DNA of 20,000 nt from IMG/VR virus record IMGVR_UViG_3300026154_000024, one strand, 5' to 3'. This document shows positions 14,580 through 20,000 of this stretch, in pieces. The position numbers and the translations under genes are program-made. Below the pieces are notes generated by a model. That model saw nothing but the letters and a program-made list of their open reading frames with translations. It made no database searches and was not told the DNA's origin. How positions within the stretch are numbered: the stretch's first letter is position 1; each line of letters begins with the position of its first letter. The stretch is from an uncultured virus (IMG/VR IMGVR_UViG_3300026154_000024) (lineage: Duplodnaviria > Heunggongvirae > Uroviricota > Caudoviricetes).

Positions 14580-14822
14580 ATGGCAACAATTAAAATACAT
14601 GGATATTTGGTAAGAAGTGATGGTTATAATCACTTGGAATTTTATGACAGCTTTCCCAAAAGAATATACGGAAAGTATGACAATCATTGGACGTATCAAG
14701 AACCAAGTTGTGTAAAAGTACTGCCATTGAAAAATATGCCAGAACTATCGTGGGAAGATGAGCCAGTTGAAGTTGATTTGAAAATGTCAGTAACAAAGAA
14801 AAATAATTATGAAAACGCTTAA
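14580..14822 (+). CDS. Hypothetical protein (80 aa)
   Basis: PELSWEDEPVEV motif common in Bacteroidota phage small proteins. Confidence 0.72.
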   Translation: MATIKIHGYLVRSDGYNHLEFYDSFPKRIYGKYDNHWTYQEPSCVKVLPLKNMPELSWEDEPVEVDLKMSVTKKNNYENA

Positions 14823-15267
14823 AGCATATACAGATTTAGAACAGTCAAAGAAGTTGGCAAAAATACTACCTCTTGAAAGTGCTGATATGCACTATCAATA
14901 TGTACTACCCAAATCAGATAAGATAAAACATAATCCAGAAATAGGTAATCCTGTAAATGCACTTGAATGGTACAATAGAGGGTACACAACGTTTGGAAAA
15001 GAACCAATAACATTGGATGAGTATTGCATTCCTTGTTGGAGTCTTGCTGCATTGATTGATGTTTTACCGAAAGATAAGAGTATTGATTGTGCTATAACCT
15101 TTGGCTATTATAATGGTAAATGCGAGTATATAGAAAAATGGCTATGTGCTTTTGAAAAAGAAGGCGAAACAACAGATGATTTTATCATCGAAACGATTGA
15201 TGGAATCAATCCTATTGATGCTTGTGTTGATATGATAATGAAATTACATGAACTTAAACTGTTGTGA
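14809..15267 (+). CDS. Conserved hypothetical phage protein (152 aa)
   Basis: YTDLEQSKKL ... ESADM ... IPCWSLAALIDVLP ... PIDAC pattern. Confidence 0.78.
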   Translation: MKTLKAYTDLEQSKKLAKILPLESADMHYQYVLPKSDKIKHNPEIGNPVNALEWYNRGYTTFGKEPITLDEYCIPCWSLAALIDVLPKDKSIDCAITFGYYNGKCEYIEKWLCAFEKEGETTDDFIIETIDGINPIDACVDMIMKLHELKLL

Positions 15268-15269
15268 TT

Positions 15270-15578
15270 ATGCTTGATAAAGAACTACTTAAACGTCAGT
15301 TGAGATTTGCTGAACGCGAGGAAAAATTAAATAAAGAAATTTCTTTGGCAAAATGTCCTATTTGTGGAGGTGATTTAGAAATGAACTTCCATAAAGGTGG
15401 TGGTGATTCTATTGTTATACCATTTTGGGCAGAAATAAAATGTAAATCTTGTGGAATGTTTTCAAAAAAAGTAAAAAGAAACTCATACGAGTCTTATCAT
15501 TGGAAGTATGACGGTTCTGATGAAATAGCACTTAAAGAGGAAGTTTGGGATAGTGTAATGAGATACTGTAAGCGTTAA
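15270..15578 (+). CDS. Zinc-ribbon protein, Lar restriction-alleviation-like
   Basis: CPICGG ... IKCKSCG ... W motif spacing. Confidence 0.55.
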   Translation: MLDKELLKRQLRFAEREEKLNKEISLAKCPICGGDLEMNFHKGGGDSIVIPFWAEIKCKSCGMFSKKVKRNSYESYHWKYDGSDEIALKEEVWDSVMRYCKR

Positions 15579-15703
15579 AATGATAGATGTTGTGACTATG
15601 AATATTACAGTTATTTACTATATTAATTAGTACTTTTTTATTAAGTCTTGGAATATAATAAGAAAAGACATCGAAGAATTAAAGAAACTAAAAGGTTAAA
15701 GTT

Positions 15704-16090
15704 ATGATTTACTATCATCACAAGCAAAAAGAAAAGATGCTATCCAATCCTTGCAATAAGAAATTGGATGCCGTATTGCAAAAGAACTTTCCAGAAAACG
15801 ACAAATGGGGTGCTTGCATTATATTTGACGAAAGGGGATTTGCCGACACGATAGAAATAAACAAACTATCCGATGTAACGCAAAAAGGCAAAACATGGAC
15901 GTATTACGCTACGATAGAGCTTTATAAAAGTCATCAAGAAAGTGAGGACGAATATTGGGAGGTTTATTCACAATTCAACGGAAAGAACGAGGATGAACTT
16001 TGGATATTCGCCTACTACAAAAACTTTGGTGACGCGGTGCGACGTGTGAAACTTGGTATCGAAAAACTTAAACCAATTAAAAAATGTTGA
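15704..16090 (+). CDS. Hypothetical protein (128 aa)
   Basis: Co-directional ORF with ATG start. Confidence 0.75.
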   Translation: MIYYHHKQKEKMLSNPCNKKLDAVLQKNFPENDKWGACIIFDERGFADTIEINKLSDVTQKGKTWTYYATIELYKSHQESEDEYWEVYSQFNGKNEDELWIFAYYKNFGDAVRRVKLGIEKLKPIKKC

Positions 16091-16093
16091 ATT

Positions 16094-16267
16094 ATGAAGA
16101 AAAAGTTTCGTTTTTACTTGCCGATTGTAAGCGGCGTTACAATTCAAAAAATTGCTGTCATTCTTTGTCTTATCGTCGCAATGTTCCGTTACTTTACGGG
16201 CGACGTTGACCGTGCTACGTTTTGGATGATTTGTGCTTTGTTCAACTATCTTTGCTATAAGTTATGA
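16094..16267 (+). CDS. Small membrane protein (57 aa, two hydrophobic segments)
   Basis: Manual translation MKKKFRFYLPIVSG...ALFNYLCYKL; starts 3 nt after the upstream stop. Confidence 0.6.
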   Translation: MKKKFRFYLPIVSGVTIQKIAVILCLIVAMFRYFTGDVDRATFWMICALFNYLCYKL

Positions 16268-16337
16268 CAACCACATTCAATATGACATTAAACAATATTT
16301 AGCAAAAGAAATGGCAAAAGGTTAAAAGTGTTAATAT

Positions 16338-16370
16338 TTTGGTGTATTACAAATATTTGTTGTACCTTTG
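16338..16370 (+). promoter_or_regulatory. Bacteroidota-type promoter for the ssb/recombination operon
   Basis: TTTG 16338-41, 21 bp spacer, TACCTTTG 16363-70. Confidence 0.75.
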
Positions 16371-16387
16371 CAACAAATTCAAGACGT

Positions 16388-16780
16388 ATGGATAAGAATA
16401 TAGTAATGTTAGAAGGCATTATCGGCGACGATTACAAGTACGGCAAGACGCAAGACGGGAAAGAATACGCTACTTTTTCGCTTTGCATCAATTCGTACAT
16501 GAAAGAGTTTGCCGATTCAACCGAAAGGACACACTCACAAACGTACATTCGCATCTTCGTTTTCGATAAGAAACAAGTTGCCTATCTACAAAAAGTTAAG
16601 GCACGGCGCGGACAACGTGCATCCGTCTTTGGTCGTCTTACATCGGTAAAGAACGAGTACAAAGGCAATACGTTCATCACGAACAACGTTACATGCCGTG
16701 ACGTGACAATCATCAAGAACAAAAAAGAAAAAGACGATAAAAATGAACAAAAAACGAGTTTACATAAGTCTTCCGATTAG
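16388..16780 (+). CDS. ssb: Single-stranded DNA-binding protein (OB fold)
   Basis: NIVMLEGIIGDD ... TQDGKEYATFSL ... YIRIFVF ... GQRASVFGRL. ATG 16388 lies after the promoter. No canonical DLPF tail. Confidence 0.8.
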   Translation: MDKNIVMLEGIIGDDYKYGKTQDGKEYATFSLCINSYMKEFADSTERTHSQTYIRIFVFDKKQVAYLQKVKARRGQRASVFGRLTSVKNEYKGNTFITNNVTCRDVTIIKNKKEKDDKNEQKTSLHKSSD

Positions 16781-17060
16781 CGGTTATGACTTGGACGAAA
16801 GAAAGGAAACGGCTTTGGATATGGAAGTGAAACTACGCGGACGTGGCTACGACGTTTTCAATCCACTTGGCGACCATTTCCAGCCTGGGCTTACAACTAA
16901 CGAATACATGAAACTTGACTTGAAAGCATTGCTTGATTGCGACGTTATCATGTTTATGTATGGTTGGAATCGCAGCGCAGGTTGTAAATGCGAGTTGGAT
17001 GTTGCTACGGCCATCGGATTAGACGTATGGTTTGAGGATTTGACAACGATTAAACTTTAG
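16743..17060 (+). CDS. DUF4406 family protein (nucleoside 2-deoxyribosyltransferase-like fold)
   Basis: VYISLPISGYD ... VFNP ... YMKLDLKALLDCD ... GWNRSAGCKCE ... A motif set. Confidence 0.8.
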   Translation: MNKKRVYISLPISGYDLDERKETALDMEVKLRGRGYDVFNPLGDHFQPGLTTNEYMKLDLKALLDCDVIMFMYGWNRSAGCKCELDVATAIGLDVWFEDLTTIKL

Positions 17061-17065
17061 GGATT

Positions 17066-17359
17066 ATGAAACACGTAATGAAACATAGCCATTCACCACG
17101 ACACATAAATGCCGCTAAACAAGCCGCAGCACGTGCTCGTCACGCATATTGTTGGTGATTCGCATTTCTTGTGTTCGACTTCTATATGTTGATGTATTGC
17201 TTGAAATTCAAGGCCGACAAATTCGACATCTTGAATAAGTTGGCTACGATTGTTTCACGTGAAACATTGTCCTTTATTCGTGGTGACATTCGCCATAAGT
17301 TTGTCGCCACACCTATCACGACACTTATTTTAATTTTCATCATTTTATTCACAATTTAA
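17066..17359 (+). pseudogene. Possible ~97-codon ORF interrupted by an in-frame TGA at 17156-17158
   Basis: The ATG 17066 ORF (30 aa) and ORF 17171..17359 are in the same frame, separated only by TGG-TGA-TTC. Confidence 0.35.
17251..17266. promoter_or_regulatory. parS: Perfect palindromic chromosomal-type parS site
   Basis: TGTTTCACGTGAAACA, an exact match to the canonical parS palindrome. Confidence 0.82.
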
Positions 17360-17372
17360 ACAACAAAAGATT

Positions 17373-17546
17373 ATGAGTCCAAAACAGTATGACCTTTATG
17401 TAAAGGATTGCGCATTGCGCGGTATCACACCATTCCCTAATGACATGGGTACACCTCCCGACGTATTCGGACGTATGTACTTGGGTAGTAGTAAGAAACG
17501 CCATAACACCATTCGCCGTAAGCGTTTGGCACGTGCGGCAGCATAA
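17373..17546 (+). CDS. Small basic hypothetical protein (57 aa)
   Basis: AAAAGATT-ATG context (same as 13087); MSPKQYDLYVKDC...RRKRLARAAA. Confidence 0.65.
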   Translation: MSPKQYDLYVKDCALRGITPFPNDMGTPPDVFGRMYLGSSKKRHNTIRRKRLARAAA

Positions 17547-17561
17547 AACACTATTCGCATC

Positions 17562-18563
17562 ATGGAACAACAAGAAGTAAAAGATTACAAGCAGGACGTG
17601 GCCGCTACCCGTGTTGGTTGCCTTGGCTCGTCGGACGGTAAGATGCTTTCGCAAATTGCCGCGTTAGGAACTATCCCCAAATCCGCTTATAAGCGTTTGG
17701 CCGTCGTTAAAGGATTGATACCACAAGTTGAAATCCCGAAGAATGCCGCCATTCAGGCTGGTGACGATTTGGAAATGATTGTCTATTCACATCTAAAGGC
17801 ACAAGACCCACGATATGAAAGCAATCCTCTTTGGGTAAGCGAGAAATATTCAACAAAGAATTGCAAGTTGATTTCACACCCAGACTTGGTATTGCAAGAC
17901 GATGCAAGCAAGGTGTTGAACGTCTATGAGGTTAAGACCACTAAGTACACGTTTGAACAAACACGTCAGACTTACGAGTCTCAACTTTTCATTCACAACC
18001 TACTTGCAACGGAACGCGCAAAGAAACTTGGTAGCGATTGGAAGGTAAAAGTGTTCTTGGTACACTATTCTACCGACGGCCTCGACCTTGAAAACGGTAT
18101 CGAATTTGACCCGTCACGACTTACCGTGCATCAGGTGTACTTTTCAACTATGTACTTTGATGTCATGCGTGGTATGAATCTTGTAAACGATTTCTTGGAA
18201 ACGTTCACGGAATACTACGAGGGCGACGAGATTGATGCCAACCTTTTGCCTACTAACGTTAAGTCGCAATTCGATGACGTGGCCGCTATGTTGGTGGAAA
18301 TAAAGGAACGTGAATCAAAGGTAGAGGAGTTCAAGCAACGTCTTTACCAGTTCATGGTTGACAAAGACATCAAATCCATCAAGAATGACGTGTTCTCGAT
18401 TACACGTGTTGACCCGACGGTTAGCAAGTCTTTCGACGCAAAGAAATACGTTGCCGACTTGATTAAGAAATATCCTCGCAAGTCAAAGAAGATTATTGCA
18501 GACTACACTAAGGAAACAAATCGTAAAGGCTACGCCACTATCAAACTTAAAGAAGAAAAGTAA
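17562..18563 (+). CDS. YqaJ / lambda-exonuclease-like recombination nuclease
   Basis: R..CLGSSD, G..LE, ISHPD, EVKT and YESQL form a PD-(D/E)xK YqaJ motif set; coiled-coil C-terminus; adjacent to recT. Confidence 0.85.
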   Translation: MEQQEVKDYKQDVAATRVGCLGSSDGKMLSQIAALGTIPKSAYKRLAVVKGLIPQVEIPKNAAIQAGDDLEMIVYSHLKAQDPRYESNPLWVSEKYSTKNCKLISHPDLVLQDDASKVLNVYEVKTTKYTFEQTRQTYESQLFIHNLLATERAKKLGSDWKVKVFLVHYSTDGLDLENGIEFDPSRLTVHQVYFSTMYFDVMRGMNLVNDFLETFTEYYEGDEIDANLLPTNVKSQFDDVAAMLVEIKERESKVEEFKQRLYQFMVDKDIKSIKNDVFSITRVDPTVSKSFDAKKYVADLIKKYPRKSKKIIADYTKETNRKGYATIKLKEEK

Positions 18564-18566
18564 ACT

Positions 18567-19427
18567 ATGGCAGACGAAAAGAAACCTACGGGCTTGAAAT
18601 TGTTTAACCAAACTATCAATAGCCCATCCACGCAAAAGTATCTTGCCGACGTGTTAGGCGACCGTAAGATGTCTTTCGTGAATAACTTGGTTGCACTTGT
18701 GGCCAACAATGCCAACTTGCAGGCTTGCGAGCCTTACACGTTGATGTTTGCGGCCATGAAAGCAACGGCGTTGAGCATGCCGCTTGATAATTCAATCGGT
18801 ATGGCCTATATCATCCCGTATAACGACAACAAAAAGGGTATCACGGTTGCGCAATTCCAAATCGGCTGGCGCGGCTTTGTGCAGTTGGCACTCCGTAGCG
18901 GAATGTTTAAGTCTATCAATGCAACGGAAATCCGCGATGGTGAGTTGATTGGCCGTGACCGCCTTTCGGGTGAATTAAAGTTCAAGTTCGTGGAAAACGA
19001 CGAGGAACGTGCAAAGTTACCAATTGTCGGCTACGTGTCACATTTCCGCTTGCTTAACGGCTATGAATCGGTATTCTACATGTCTAGGGCAGAGGTCGAG
19101 GCACATGCAAAACGTTATTCGCAAACGTATGCGTCAAAGAAAGACTATATCCGTAACGCATCCAAATGGACTACCGATTTCGACATGATGGCATTAAAGA
19201 CGGTTACAAAGTTGAACATTTCAAAGAATGCTCCTTTGTCCGTTGAACTAAAGGATGCAATGCGAGCCGACCAAAGCGTTATGTATGAACGTAACAAGTA
19301 TGATTACGTTGACTACGACGGCGAGGTCGATATGACGAAAGCGCAAGCCGTAGCCGATAAGTTTGCAGGATTTGGCGATGCCGAGGAGGTGAAAGACCAA
19401 GGCGATAACCCTAACGAAAATCAGTAA
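18567..19427 (+). CDS. recT: RecT-family single-strand annealing protein
   Basis: LQACEP, GMAYIIPY, AQFQIGWRGFVQLALRSG, W..DFDMMALKTV and APLS motifs. Confidence 0.92.
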   Translation: MADEKKPTGLKLFNQTINSPSTQKYLADVLGDRKMSFVNNLVALVANNANLQACEPYTLMFAAMKATALSMPLDNSIGMAYIIPYNDNKKGITVAQFQIGWRGFVQLALRSGMFKSINATEIRDGELIGRDRLSGELKFKFVENDEERAKLPIVGYVSHFRLLNGYESVFYMSRAEVEAHAKRYSQTYASKKDYIRNASKWTTDFDMMALKTVTKLNISKNAPLSVELKDAMRADQSVMYERNKYDYVDYDGEVDMTKAQAVADKFAGFGDAEEVKDQGDNPNENQ

Positions 19428-19431
19428 GCGT

Positions 19432-19644
19432 ATGTCACACGGACTAACATTCTTACACTCGCACAGTGGATTAGAGCGCGATTTGCGTTTTCCCAAGCAC
19501 ACCGTGCTGGTGGACGCTAAGTTTGCCCACATGTTTAGTGGCGAGCCTTGCGTACCTTTCACACATAACCGTATCGAATATGTGAAAGTAAACATCTTGT
19601 CATTTGCCAACAAAGGCGGAGTATTCAAAAATCTAAGTGAGTAA
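19432..19644 (+). CDS. Hypothetical protein (70 aa)
   Basis: Starts 4 nt after the recT stop. Confidence 0.55.
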   Translation: MSHGLTFLHSHSGLERDLRFPKHTVLVDAKFAHMFSGEPCVPFTHNRIEYVKVNILSFANKGGVFKNLSE

Positions 19645-19648
19645 TGAC

Positions 19649-19840
19649 ATGGGAAAAGATAAGCGAATTTTTTGCAAGGGCGAGCAATGTTCCGTAAAGA
19701 ACACTTGCCTACGTTATACGCAAGGAAAGGGTGCGACAATGTATCACGGCAGTAAAGACATTTTCATTCGCAAATGCACATTGCAAAAGTACTACATACA
19801 AGATGAAAGTAACATAAATCAAGACAGTAAAAGACATTAG
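19649..19840 (+). CDS. Small Cys-rich hypothetical protein
   Basis: FCKGEQCSVKNTCLRY motif; ATG 19649 preferred over GTG 19637. Confidence 0.65.
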   Translation: MGKDKRIFCKGEQCSVKNTCLRYTQGKGATMYHGSKDIFIRKCTLQKYYIQDESNINQDSKRH

Positions 19841-19843
19841 ACT

Positions 19844-20000
19844 ATGGCACAAGAAAGACCTACAAAGAAACGTGGTGGTATCACAGGACGCGCCTACGTC
19901 GTTATGGGTGGTAAGGTTGCACTTGGCACTTATGACAAAACGGGCATTTCGGTGGTATCGCTATGGCCGAATTGAAAAGAAGGTTAAGCGTTTGCAGCGT
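19844..20000 (+). CDS. Hypothetical protein, 5' part; apparent frameshift near 19947, runs off the window
   Basis: MAQERPTKKRGGITGRAYVVMGGKVALGTYDKTGI continues as FGGIAMAELK in another frame. Confidence 0.45.

Noticed and set aside
1..20000. Stop-codon reassignment (TAG or TGA recoding as in some gut phages)
   Set aside because: Genes tile densely under code 11, and TAG/TGA end genes right before the next start (e.g. 6494, 9415, 10951, 16090, 17060). The one internal TGA at 17156 is isolated.

Overview
This 20 kb window looks like part of a tailed dsDNA phage genome with a Bacteroidota (Bacteroides/Prevotella-like) host. The host call is inferred from five TAnnTTTG '-7' promoters, A-rich start contexts and near-total GATC avoidance. 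No structural genes are present. A leftward gene block (1-1753, including a MazG-like pyrophosphatase) and a long rightward block diverge from a ~1.6 kb AT-rich non-coding region. That region contains a C8-T-C5 tract next to A/T tracts (possible genome end or packaging site), a parS-consensus site and three palindromic operator-like boxes. The rightward block opens with a ~290 nt leader carrying many nested and long-range complementarities (candidate pseudoknotted ncRNA). It continues with a MoxR/AAA_5-type ATPase plus a vWA-like partner, a run of small early genes and an orphan serine recombinase. Next come a five-iteron origin upstream of a tandem winged-helix Rep-like gene, then an SSB / DUF4406 / YqaJ exonuclease / RecT recombination module containing a second, perfect parS. 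The main leads are the large structured RNA, a possible plasmid-like maintenance set (iterons, Rep, resolvase, host-type parS), a twice-occurring promoter-proximal GGAAGTCATGAGCC hairpin motif, a four-copy family of ~90 bp palindromic intergenic elements, and fixed-spacing GGAG Shine-Dalgarno-like motifs before early genes. All family calls come from motif recognition by eye, not database searches.
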